From Antedon mediterranea (taxonomy: Eukaryota > Animalia > Echinodermata): 64,000 bases of DNA. The DNA lies in NCBI RefSeq assembly GCF_964355755.1, contig NC_092672.1, positions 27,038,437-27,102,436 on the forward strand, written 5' to 3'. The notes beneath the pieces were generated by a model. It made no database searches and was not told where the DNA came from. It was given only the letters and a program-made list of their open reading frames with translations. The position numbers and the translations under genes are program-made. This document shows, in pieces, positions 12,976 to 25,200 of the stretch (its first letter is position 1; the number at the start of each line of letters is the position of its first letter).

Positions 12976-13597
12976 ATGAATGAGCAACACACAAACAAAC
13001 GAAGGGACAAAACATTGAAAAAATATTGAAGAAATGATGAATAAATATACGAACGAATAATGTATAAACAAATGAAAGGCGATGTTATTAATAGGTGTAC
13101 AATACATTAGTTTTATTTTAACGAAAGCGGCCATTTTAACGAACACTATACTTCCTGATATAAATCAATGTTTAGCGCCAGTAGTTGGTCCCGATCAACG
13201 AGCCACCCTTTATAGAAAATCCAGCTATAACACAGAATAATACCCCCCTGATTACAATAATAGAAGTTATAGATAGCATTAAACATCTTAAATTAAATAA
13301 ATCACCAGGAATTGATGGTTTAACACCTAATTTTTTTAAGACCCTACCTACTAATATTTTACAAATAATCACTAACATTTTAAATTTTATTATTAAATCT
13401 AGTAAATATCCAGACAATTGGACAACTGGAATTTTAGTTCCTATCTAAAAAATTACAGACCTATTACTTTATTTACATGGATTATAGAAAAACGAATCAG
13501 CGAATGGGTAGAGCAAAATAATATTATACCAGAAGAACAAGCAGGGTTCAGAAAGGGATATAGCACAACCGATAACATGTTCATTTTAGACACTTAT

Positions 13598-14196
13598 TAA
13601 TTTGCGCATTTTGTCATTTTTAACGTGCTCGTATAGCGTTATTTTAAGTCGGAACTGACTCAAATTTTGTGAATATACTAAGGATGGTGAGTAGAATCGT
13701 ATTTTTTACGCCTTTTAAGTATCGCGCGCGCAAATTTTTGCCTAATGGCTTAATTCATGCTCTAAATTGATCAAAACATAATTTTGAGCTTTCTCAATTT
13801 TTAACGCGCAATTTCACGCGCATGACCTTGAAACGCACATGACCTTGAAACGCGTAAGTTTTTATTTGCTAATATTTTTATCTTTGACCTGAAGTCTATG
13901 TGTAGTGAATTTTTTTCACATGTGATAATAAATTATGGAGATATGATTGATAATGTGATTTCACAAAATGGCGTATAAATGACGTCACGGATGAGTGATC
14001 ACGCTGAAAAACTAACTACGACTAAACTAAATTATTTTTAATTTATTTTGAAATTTTTGTGATTATTGACATTTAACTTTTAGAGATAATTGACACACAA
14101 AATCTGTACAGAAAAAAATAAATATTAAGAATAACAATAATAAAGATCTTATACAATAACAATAGGTAATCATTTTATTCTAAATGATCACCTAAT
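13598..14196. mobile_element. Probable Helentron/HINE-like non-autonomous element fragment
   Basis: Internal GCGCGCGCAAATTTT and GTGCTCGTATA motifs resemble the 27.0-kb element; terminal AATAACAATAGGTAATCATTT...AAATGATCACCTAATT hairpin. Confidence 0.45.
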
Positions 14197-15828
14197 TATG
14201 GTTAATTCTGACATAGGCAAGCACAATGGAAAAACTTCGGTACAAATCTCTGCCTTGGATACCTATCTGATCTATCTCAGATGTACCGTGAAATGTAAAT
14301 TTGATAACATTAGTTTTCACTATTACGATATTGTTCCATATTTCTATCTTATGAAGATATTATAATAAAGAGTTTTTTTAACAAAATTTATGATTTCAAC
14401 GGTAGATTTTCAACTCAATTTCAATTCTTCGCAGTCAAAGTAATTTCCGGGTTCACGATGAATTCACCTTGCAACAACCTGGTTTCAACTATTTTCTCTC
14501 TTTTATACACAAGGAAGCAGTAAAAATAATAGATTTGACCCTGATAGTGACTGGAAACAGGCACTTTCCATCAATCAATACAGTGTCCCTTTGGAAGACT
14601 GAAGAAAAAACCGATAGTAGGACTGGAGCTTAAGTTGGCCATAGTGGCTATAGCCATTTCAGTTTTTTGTTTATTTTAGGAACGGACCGCGCGTGTGAAG
14701 GTACAGTAGTTAAAAAATAAAAATTATACTGCAAATTAATAAAGATCAAATTAAATATATGCCATAAAGAATCGGACTATATTGTGGGGAATAGTATTAT
14801 AAAATTACATAGGGAGATTTGATGATAAGAAAAAAAAATTAACATCCCTCGAATAAGTACCTCCCTCAAATGAACTCCGCCTCCCCACCTCCGCCCTATC
14901 AGGGCCCTACCAAACAATAAACACTATACTTTAAAATGTTATTAATCATCTAAGACACTGTGAAACAGAGTAGGTTTAGTTTTACGAATGTCAAGCATTT
15001 TCAATAATGGTAACCGACAGAAAACGTAGGAGAAGGAGAACGTCCTTCTAAAACCTTTTTATTGTTATTATTGAACCGATTTTTTGGTTTTTAAATAGGC
15101 ATCTTATGAATATACCTATTTAAACTAAAACATTGTGGGCGTTAATAAGCAAAAGTCAGGGAGTTAAGTTAATTTGATATTTTGTTTTCTTATTCTGTAA
15201 TTTTTCTAATTTAAAAACACTCTAGCAAGTAATTCTACAGTATTTGTGGTACAGTAGATTGCGTGCGTTTGTCTGTTTAGGATTGTAGGATTACTCAAAA
15301 AGTTATTGCAAGATTATTACCAAAAACAAGACATCAGATCTTATTACATGGTCAAGGACCACTCCATTAAATGTTGGGGCAATCCGGGCCAGGGTCCATT
15401 TTCAAAAGGCAGCGGCGAGTAGTCATTTTTTCGAGAATTATCTAAAAACCCTTGTATAAGAGGCAAGATTTATAATTATGTAAAATGTAATTTTAGAACA
15501 AAACATAATTTGATTTATTGTACAGGTTTTTTTATACCAGTAGTTAAAAAACTATTTTCACCAATTTTGTTGTTGTTGTTGTTGCTGTTCTATTTTTTGT
15601 CAACTGAAACTAGTGTTGAAATTTGCATACACATGTTTTTAGCGAAATTAGTAAAATCACACACAGAATTAGGACACACAAATAAAATATATATATATAT
15701 ATAAATCCAAAGGCAAATTACTGAAAAAAATGACAATGCTGTGGGTATCAGTGGCTGGATCTCAATGGAGATACAAAAATAAAAAGCGAAAAGCTAAATC
15801 AAAACGATAAAGTAAACAGCCAGAAAAG

Positions 15829-15870
15829 TTAGCAGAGCTTTCGGGCAACACTAGCCCTTCATCAGTGCAA
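15829..15870 (-). ncRNA. Minimal type I hammerhead ribozyme
   Basis: Minus strand: TTGCA-CTGATGA-A-GGGC-TAGTGTT-GCCC-GAAA-GC-TC^TGCTAA. Core CUGAUGA/GAAA, stem II GGGC/GCCC, stem I GCA/UGC, palindromic AGCU helix III. Confidence 0.7.
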
Positions 15871-15934
15871 GTGATATATATATATATAATTTGAAACGAT
15901 AAAGATGAGGAAATCTGTGAGAATGAGAAAAAGT

Positions 15935-16006
15935 CGCCCCAACCGAGCCTCGAACTCGGACCGCCTGCTTGATATGCAGATGTCCTAACCATTAGACCAC
16001 TGGGGC
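15935..16006 (-). tRNA. tRNA-Asp(ATC)-like gene or pseudogene (TE-associated), left member of a divergent pair
   Basis: 72-nt cloverleaf; reverse-complement copy of 16096-16167 differing at 1 nt (T-loop TTCGAGG); followed by ACTTTTT terminator. Confidence 0.6.
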
Positions 16007-16095
16007 TTTCATGGTATTGTTCGAACTCGATCGGATAACGACTCTTTAACATTCTCGGCGTGGTACGGCGGAACAGCACTAGTCCTCAGTTGTAC

Positions 16096-16167
16096 GCCCC
16101 AGTGGTCTAATGGTTAGGACATCTGCATATCAAGCAGGCGGTCCGAGTTCGAGTCTCGGTTGGGGCG
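16096..16167 (+). tRNA. tRNA-Asp(ATC)-like gene or pseudogene (TE-associated), right member of a divergent pair
   Basis: GCCCCAG-TG-GTCT-AATGGTTA-GGAC-A-TCTGC-AT[ATC]AA-GCAGG-CGGT-CCGAG-TTCGAGT-CTCGG-TTGGGGC-G, then ACTTTTT. A and B boxes intact; A32 and an ATC anticodon are atypical. Confidence 0.6.
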
Positions 16168-16834
16168 ACTTTTTCTCATTCTCACAGATTTCCTCATCTT
16201 TATCGTTTCAAATTAATTAATTAAATTTCAGTATATCACCGGGCGGTTTAGAATTAATGTTCTTTGCCTCTTGTGTTTATATATATATATATATATATAG
16301 ATAAACACAAGAGGCAAATATATATATATATTCCTGTGAAATCCGACATAATTACTACTATTATAATGTACATTGAACAATAATCTCTGGTAGGAATCAA
16401 ACCAAATGTTCTTATTAGTATAGCCTTTTGGCAAAGTACCCACTGCATCATTTAATCAGATGCGAATCTATTACCAGCATAAGCTTGATTGTCTATAACA
16501 CCAGGCTATTGATCTAAAGGACATGGGTTCAAGTTCCACCCGAGTATTGATGTACTTCATGTTAAATAAAGTTATGTCAGTGCAGGGAAAACATTTTTTC
16601 AACCAAAATCAAGTCAAGCATAAGTAGAACCTACCAGCATGTCACAGCTTTTGAATAGTTTTCGTTTATATTGAAAAATTGGGGAAATATTTGTTTTAAA
16701 TGTAAATTATTTAAATGGAATGGTAGGCCTATAACATTTTTTTATTTAAATATGTGCTATGATTAATTTATTGTAGCTAAAGTTGTTTTTTGTACAACAT
16801 ATATAATTATTTCAATATAAAATTTAATGACAAA

Positions 16835-17607
16835 AAGAGAGATCGACGTTTCGGTACCATCATAGAACCATCTTCAAGATCAAGTGAATACAAAACAATA
16901 ATAATTATGTGCACTAAGCACCAAAGTTGGTGAAAGGAAATGCTAATTTGGGGCTAATTAAGTAATTAGCTCCTCCTACTGAGTTAGATAAACAATTTAG
17001 CTTTGATGGAATCCGATTGTTTATTGAGTGTAGGTTTTATCTCTTTGATCCACAACATCTTCTTAATTAGGCAATCAAACTTATTGTTGCATTTAGATAA
17101 GACTCTAAAGTATTCTGAGATATCACCAGTTATGCCATGTTGTTTTAGGTGATCGCCTATAATACTTTTGTTATGTTCATTAATGCGTTTGTAAAGGTGT
17201 CGGCAAGTGTAACCGACATAGTTTGTATCACACAAACCACATTGAAATTTGTACACAACGCATTGTGAATTATGATTCTGGGTTTCATTTCTTTAGGTTT
17301 TAAGGTATCACCTATCTTACGACTAGTAAATACTGGTAAAATATCATTTTCAATCTTCGCACTAAGTTGTTTAAATTGTTTAGTAACCGTGTTACAACAA
17401 GTTTGATCCTTGTTCGGTAGTACAATCCTAATAGGCTGGGGAGATTCATCAGTTAGCATATCTTCATTAGTATTACTAGGAGTCACACAAGTATTAATGT
17501 ATTGGTTGAAAGCCTTAACAATATTACTAATAAGATCTAAAGGATAATTCAACTTTTGAAAAATCTTAGTTACATTATCAACCTCTGATAGGAAAATGTC
17601 ATGCGTA
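16835..17607 (-). mobile_element. Penelope-like retroelement 3' fragment (RT thumb/linker, GIY-YIG endonuclease, pLTR)
   Basis: FQKLNYP...PVFTSRKIG..LKPKE.KP, then a frameshift into YKFQCGLCDTNYVGYTCRHLYKRINEH...I.EIKPTLNKQSDS; hammerhead downstream on the same strand. Confidence 0.85.
16841..16881 (-). ncRNA. Penelope pLTR minimal hammerhead ribozyme (C3U variant)
   Basis: Minus strand: GATC-TTGAAGA-T-GGT...ACC-GAAAC-GTC^GATC, with palindromic ACGT helix III and GUC cleavage triplet. Confidence 0.75.
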
Positions 17608-17608
17608 G

Positions 17609-18460
17609 ATGACAATTTGTCACTTCAGACATACTCTCTTATTAATTAAGTCTAATCCGTGCCTTGAAAAATATTTATTGGATTGTACAGACTTTCTAGG
17701 ATCTAGCCTCAAATTCAAACTACGTTCTAACACCCTTCCTTTAGGTCACAGGAGTTGTAAGTGGCTTCCTGAATATGATGGTATCTGTAAAATGTGTAAG
17801 AATGGTTTAGAAGACATTCAACATTTTCTATTCACATGTAACCAACTCAATGGCATAAGGATTGAAGAATATACCAAATTAGAATATATGTTAATCGATA
17901 TCAATCATTTAGATGTATGGGAAAATTTTATCTCTGGTGACCTGAACACCAAATTATATCTTGTATTAGGTGGAACTGATAACTACTATCATTATATGTA
18001 TGACGTCGATTCCATATCAAATATCTTTGATTGTTACTGTAAGCACTATGTTAAAAGAGCTTGGGCACACAGATGTATTGTTCTAGGCGAGTAATGTTCA
18101 TATCAATCAAACTAAATGATTGATATCTATCTCACTAAATGATTGATATCTATCTCATTACAGTGTTAGGTCTACATTGTTGTTGCCCAATTCATTTTAT
18201 ATTGTACAGTTCCTACCTATTCTATATGTTTATTTCTTGTAATTTTGTATTTTTAGGTGTCATTTCAATGGTATTGTAGTTACTGTAGTTGAATTGTTTT
18301 GACATGTTGACCTACGTCGACTTTTTATTGTAATTGTTAATTTCTATATCATGTTTTTTTTTTTTTTTTTTTTGTATATTTCTCTTGGATGCAGCTTCCA
18401 TTTGGTCGAGTGCCACTGTTGTAAAAGTGTAATCTCCAAATAAATTATTATTATTATTAT
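17609..18460 (+). mobile_element. 3' end of a non-LTR retrotransposon (C-terminal zinc knuckle, 3' UTR, (TTA)n tail)
   Basis: FKLRSNTLPL...CKMC....EDIQHFLFTC; AATAAATTATTATTATTATTAT at ~18439-18460. Confidence 0.7.
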
Positions 18461-21189
18461 GGAGACAAAAGGTGTATTGCTACTTGGTTTGGATGTTTTT
18501 ACCTAATCACAATATTGTACAGTCTCCATACAAACTTATTAACAAAAAATTATTCCGAACTGCAAATAACATTCAAAGCTCCAAATTCTATATATTTTAT
18601 TTCAGGTAAAAATGAGGTAATCTAATATACATAGAAATGGTTGCTATGGTGATAAAACACATTTTTTTATACACCTAAAAAGTTAACATTATATTCATTA
18701 GATAACCTAATTGGCATTTCTTATAAATACCAGTATCAGATGATTTTTGCCTATGGAATAAAAAGTAACTGGATAATTTGCATAATTGTATGTTGTTGCT
18801 ATGGAAATGAAAATGCATTTTGTTACAAAATTATACAATTTTGGAATTATTTTTTTTACATAACTATATTTAACAATACTAGTAGATAGTTTAAATTCAA
18901 AAATTGCTAAAAAAGTTATTGTATATTATTTGAAAAAAAAACTTTTGTGCTTTTTTATGGAAAAATTCTGTGTAAAATCTGTAATGTAAAAAAATGCATA
19001 GCAACGGTTGCTATAGCAATGGATATTTTAATTTTTTCATTTTCCAATACCAGAGTATGGTTCTAGCAAGTTTCAATGATTGTTGGTGAGTAGTTTTGGA
19101 GAAAAGTACTTTTAAGTTAAATTCTCCAAAAAACAAAATTTTAATGTAAAAAATGGCGGCCATTTTGATTTTGCGATTTGGGCATGTTCCCCAAGGGGAT
19201 TCTGGGTAATTTTGAGTTGTGACCTTCCCTAGACCTATATTTTCAAAAAAATATAAAAATTAGCCGGTAGTACTTCCATTGCCACTTCAACCAAAAAATA
19301 GCCTCTAATCTGCCCACCTTACATATAGAAGGAAAAGAAATTGAAAATATCCATCTTAAGCATTGTAAATATACATTAAATGTCCAGCAGTCGTGTCCCA
19401 ACGAGGCGGCCAGAAGTGAATTAGGCCATATCCAATTAAAGTATTACAGACATATTAGAATGTTAAGTTACTGGATTAAAATATTAATGATGGAAGACAC
19501 AAGACTACCAAAAATATGCCTTCTTCAACAAAAGTCCTGGGCCCAGAAGGGAAGCGACTGCTGGGTACTAAATGTTAAATATATTCTTAACTATTACGGA
19601 TTTAATTATATTTTTTATTTAAATGATATAAATAATAATTTCTTACACAATTTCAGCCAGAGGGTATACGATACAGCTTTACAGAACGGAAGAGAAAGTC
19701 TCCAAAAAAACCCACGTTTGCGATTTTATAATATTTTAAAGCTGATTATGTTACAGAAGACTATTTACATGATTTAAATTTTAAGTTTAGGACACTTTTA
19801 TCAAGTTTCGTTTATCAACACATAATTTATTTATTGAGAAGGGAAGACATCTTAAAATAAATTAGAGAAAATAGAATCTGTTTATTTTGTAATACTGGTG
19901 AAATTGAAGACGAATTGCATTTCTTATTTAGTTGTTCTATATACAACAACCTGAGACAGAAATACATTAAAATCAAAAATCAAAATATATATACCTATTT
20001 GAATTATGTATTTATAAATAAAAGAGAAATAAGACTGTTTGCTATATACATTGAAAAAAGTTTTAACTTAAGGAATGTCCAAATCAAGAGAAATAATTTT
20101 ATTTTAATGTTTTAGAAAATGCATAAGTTTAAGAAACTATCGCCTAAATATTGATTCATGCTATTATGTAATATGGACCGAAGGCCAAAATTACGAATAA
20201 AGAAAGAAAAAAAGATCATATTCCCCTGTCAGGAACAAACAATCCCCACATTTGACCAATCAGAGCATAGATTTAGTTTCAGTGTAAATTATTAATTACC
20301 AGTACCCGGCGTAATAGTAGTGAGGCCAATGTGAGTTTTTCCATCATAGGGAGAATTTTCTGGTAATAGTTGGCAACCATGTGGAATATATCCCTTATGG
20401 GATGACAAAAAAGATAGAGGTGGATGCCACTCTCAAATTTCAGGTCAAATGTCATTTTCAAGGTTATAATGTCAAATATGGTACAATAGAGGTTTAAGCT
20501 GTTTTCAACAACATATAAGCCAATTAAATGAAATGTAACCATTATTGGATCATTATTGACATTGCGGAAGATTATCAATTCATCAATTTTTCAACTTACA
20601 AGTTTAAAGGTCATTTTCAAAGTCAAATAAAGCACAAACCTGTTAAATAATCGGTATTAATAATTGAAATAAATATAATTTTCATGAGGATAGGATGGGG
20701 CTGATGGTTATAGTGTGGTGTCAAAAAGATCAGAATTTTACTCGGAAGATTTTAAACTTAAAAGCATTTGAATCACTCCTGAAAGTGGGAGATGAGTCCT
20801 AGAGTATAAAAATAACCGATTGGAATGTCTTAAATTACATTAAAACCGTCACAGAGGGGTTGTGAGTTGAGAGTAATGGGCCCATTTTAAGTGTTTCCTT
20901 TAGCCTAAGTGAATACAATGGAAATACAGTACTTAAATATTTATTGAGTAAAGTGAAATACTTAATATTTAAGGGAAATAATCACTTTAGTGTGATTGGT
21001 AAAATACGGCCACTGAGTCTAGTTAGATGTAGCATTTCAAGACCCTCCAAAGACTATGTCTGTTATACAGTTTTCTTCTCAAGAGTACCATATATTTGGC
21101 AATTAAACTTTTCTATGTACTGTAAGTGCAAATTCTTAATCTTATTCAATTCCATTTATAAGGAGTGGATGCGTTACGAACGTTTTCCA

Positions 21190-21487
21190 TTTTATTTATT
21201 TGTTTACACCTTATTTATAGAGGGTGACCCTAAACAGCGTATGCTGACAATCAATTACCCTCTTGATGAGTGACAATGGCTGTGTGTATACTAGTACACC
21301 GGGGTAAACCCCTACTCGTCTCGAAAGATGTACTTGGCTCACTGGACCTACGGTTTAGGCCTAGTCCTTATCCGAGAAGACTCATTCTACCACCAGAGCC
21401 ATGGAGTGAGTGAGACTCGAACCCCTGCCGATTTTAATATGGCAATGTATTACGGTTCCACTGTCTTAACCACTTGGCCACCCACTC
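21190..21487 (-). mobile_element. tRNA-derived Deu/Nin-domain SINE
   Basis: A box GTGGCCAAGTGG, B box GGTTCGAGTC; central CTCGGATAAGGAC...AAACCGTAGGTCC...GAGTAGGGGTTTACCCCGGTGT resembles the recalled DeuSINE core; (AAAT)n tail. Confidence 0.7.
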
Positions 21488-22168
21488 ACTCACTCCAGTA
21501 TGAAAAGCTGAAGCTGATTATTCTTACTAGGGTTTCAGTCACTTTGCTATTCACTATACCATGCATCGTCCATACTTTAGTAGGATATACGGTATATTGG
21601 AGTTACAAAGTGCATAGGCCTATAATTACCATATATAGCATATCATCAACTTTTAGGTATAAGTACAATCTTTGTCATTGACATAGAAGAATATCATTTC
21701 TCCTTGTTGGTCTTGCATTCTGAAAATCCAGGAGACGAGGAGAAGGTTGTGCACAAGTTTCCATTTGGCGGAAAAATGTTATCCATCATTTGTCCCAGTT
21801 CCACATACACCCACAAAAATTGAATATTAATAGGATTTTCTTTCAAGCAAAAATTAAAAACTTCGTGTTTGACGAGTTCCACAAAATGCAGTAATTCTGT
21901 ACCTAAAGTATCTGCCTCCTCTTGAAATACATTACTGAAAATCTATAACTAATTAGGATTCATGACAATACAAATAGATTATATTTTCATGTCATAATTG
22001 TTGCGAGACAGATTTTTTTTAAATATAAAAAGCAAATAAGTCGAGGCCTGTGTGTTCTTCAGTCAGCATTTCTTTCTAAAATCCTGGACACGCCACTGCT
22101 ATGAATATTTACCAATAATATTATAATATTCACGGTGTTTTTTAGAGTGTTGCCCTTTAAATTGAAGG

Positions 22169-22176
22169 TATAAAAG
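22169..22176 (+). promoter_or_regulatory. TATA box of discoidin gene 2
   Basis: TATAAAAG 86 nt upstream of ATG 22255, conserved with genes 1 and 3. Confidence 0.65.
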
Positions 22177-22254
22177 TTGTACCACTTATTACAAATGCCA
22201 TTAAGTTTTGAAAACACGGTACTTTGATAAAGCAATCATTCAACTATAATCAAG

Positions 22255-25200
22255 ATGTTTATATCAACTGTGATAGCATTTATCATCTACTCATTCATAT
22301 TTTGTGAAGGACAAGGTAAAATATCAATTTTTCTACTTTTCATACATATACATGAGTGCTGTTGTTCACTAAGGTATTGGAATATTATGCCTAGTCAAAT
22401 TTTATTATGTTTTTAATATATTACAGGTTGTCTTGTATTTGTAGGAAAAGAAAACACTTTATCCCTCTATTTCTTCTGCACCGCCCTCTTCAGCAACACT
22501 GTGATACTACATGTTCTCCGAGGAAACCCTTATTTGCACAATTTACTATATAGGCTAGTGTTATTATGATGTTTAAAATAAGATTATTTTATATCGTGAA
22601 TGTTGTGAATTTATAATAAACTTATGTTTGTATAACTTAAAATATTACATTACATCTTTCATTAGTATCCACATAATATTGTTTCAGTATCGCAATTCAA
22701 TAGTAAAATATTTGATCAGGGTATTAACTTAGTAGGCCTAACATAATCATGTAAATTTTACATTTATTCATTCAGTTACAAATCCACATTAAAATGCATC
22801 ACCATCATCATTATACTATACGTTTAAGTAATTTCAAGTAAGCTCATACATTTTTTTTGTAATCTAAAATTCTTTCATATTTACTTTGATTTTTATATCT
22901 CTAAAATACAAGAGAAAATAATATTTAGCTTTTCCTTTACATTAGTGGCTTCCACATGTAATATGCCGATTGGTCTCGCTGACAACGTCCGAAGCACAAA
23001 GTTTCCTGATTCAGCATTTTCAGCCAGCTCTTATGAAAGTTATGGCCAAAGACCATCAAGAGGTAGATTGAATGCAAAGCATGAGAACGATAATAATATG
23101 GGAGCGTGGATGACCAACAATGATCCATGGATTCAAATATATTTGAAAGATGTCATTGAAATCGGAGGCATAATTACACAAGGACACAATGGTTATCCTT
23201 ACTGGGTTACGAAGTTTCAAGTTTCATACTCAAAGGATGGAAAAGCGTTTTTCTACGTCAAACAAGCCGGTTCTAACAATGAGGTGTCTTTACTCTACTT
23301 TATTTTTGATACGTGTCTATAATAACAATAATAAAGCCAAATAGATTGATAATCATAACATGATTGACATTTACCGAGAAATTATTACTTTATTTTAATT
23401 GACAATGCGTTAATTTTATTTAAACAAATATACTGTATTATAAGTACGTTCTAATACAAACAATACAGACAACAGTCTCATATGAAACACATCATACATG
23501 TTTGACAGCTCATACAATTCATACACACTTAAAATATATAAAGACAACTTGAGAATATATTATAAAACAAAACATTATCTGTACAATTTGTAGGGTTCTT
23601 CACAATAGTTTAGATCCTTATTTTGCTGGTTTTTAGTTCAGACTCCAATTATGCCAGTCATTAGCATCATGTGATAGCTGTATCTTCCGAGTATAACTAA
23701 TTTAATTTTAATTTGTAAGCTGTGTTTTTTTAAAAATATTTACATTTAAATAGGTCTTTACTGGGAACACTGATTCAGACACATACATACGCAACGACTT
23801 TAAGTCGATTTTCGCCCGTTACATACGGATTCATCCAAAGGACTGGAATGGAGCTACTAGTCTCAGGTTTGAACTTCTTTCCTGTGGTAAGTATATACTC
23901 GTTTTACTTCTACATCATGCCTGCGCATCAATTGCTAATGGCCCAGTGACAAAATAGCAGCCGTCTAAAACAAGATGGTCTTTTTACTATAAAAGGAGTA
24001 AATCCAAAAACATCGACAAACCGAGCCAATACTATCCTAATCATGTTGCTCGTTTTTTTCTGGTGACGTTGAAACTAACCCAGGACCCAAGAAAGTTAAA
24101 TGTCTACTTTCAAAACGCGCGTAGCATTAAAAATAAAATGCATTTTAGACCACCAAAACCAACGTTGAGCACCTTGAGCCTCTTCATCAATCTCTTAATA
24201 TAAGCTAATACTTGAATCCACAAAGGCTGAATTGTGCTAGTCGGTGATTTTAACCTGCCCGATTTTCAGTGGAATGACGACGGTAGCCATACTTCATAGC
24301 CATAAATCAAACTCTGATAGTATGCTTGTTTTTCTGATCAAATCATTTTAACCTTTCCTAATATAATTTTTCCTATACTCGTTTGAATAACATTTTAGAT
24401 CTTGTACTTTATAGTAATTTTAAATACAATTGTAATGTTTCCATTGATGACTCGATCGTCTTTGAGTCTGATCATGAGTCCCTTCATATTAAGTTTGATA
24501 TTGATTCCTGTTCTCGAGATAGTCATACTTTTAGGACTATTTAAAATTGTTCTAAAACTAATTGGGCTGTTATGTGCAATCTTTTTGATATATGTACCTT
24601 GGGATATCTTCAAGAGCTTTAATGATGTCTGTCTGGATGTGTTTTATAGTTTTGTCTCATCTACTATTAAAGATATGGTTCCCACTATTACCCCCAACTT
24701 TCGCAAAGCTTTAAATATTAAAGAAATAGGCGTAAATTATATAGACAATATCGTACTGAATTTCATAACAATGAATTTATCTATGCTCGTAGACATTTTA
24801 AACAACTTTGTAGAGTTTAAGTATCAAGAACCCTACATTTAAGAGTAACTATAAACAAACAGCCCCAACCATACTCAAGTATGGAGCTACTGAAGCTTGC
24901 AAACCTAATGATATTGATGAAGCCAATTTTGTATAATTTATTTGCTAGCTCTAATGATGTTAAGATTACTATACTACCTTTCCTGATTTTGCTGAATATC
25001 CCCCTGATACTCTTTCTAATTTTTCTGTCAATTCTAATGAGGTTGCAAATACTTCTCAAGAATTAATCCCCATAAAGCGTTTGGCTGCGATAGGTTATGG
25101 AGAGTCGGTATTTTAAAGTAATTAAGTGCTAGGTCATAACAAATATACTCAGGCCCTAGAATGATTCTAAGGGATCTTTTTTGGAGTTTCTCTATTTGGA

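Larger units (their letters stand above)
13198..20213 (+). mobile_element. 5'-truncated RTE-X-like LINE split into 13198-~13597 and ~19322-20213 by a 5.7-kb nest of other elements
   Basis: KSPGIDG, NYRPITL, EEQAGFRKG; C-terminal IEKGRH..RIC.FC....EDELHFLFSC; AATAAAGAAAGAAAAAAA tail; GATCA repeated at 13193-13197 and 20214-20218. Clade assignment from recalled motifs. Confidence 0.8.

Noticed and set aside
15762-16079. 105-aa ORF as a protein gene
   Set aside because: It runs through the tRNA-like arm, (TA)n and the hammerhead; no protein motif.
16096-16167. Evidence for a real, translating tRNA-Asp(ATC)
   Set aside because: A32, the rare anticodon and the inverted TE-like context favour a TE-borne tRNA mimic; no evidence of aminoacylation is available.
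18460-19321. Possible DNA-transposon terminal region (GTTGCTATGG, GGCGGCCATTTT motifs)
   Set aside because: No partner TIR or TSD in the window; family cannot be assigned.
20279-21882. ORFs conserved between duplicates (99, 109, 117, 62 aa)
   Set aside because: Conservation reflects the recent segmental duplication; one overlaps a SINE and none has recognisable motifs or splice support.
24402-25066. Hydrophobic ORFs (also 38365-39014) as membrane proteins
   Set aside because: Off-frame translations of AT-rich decayed LINE sequence inside an intron.
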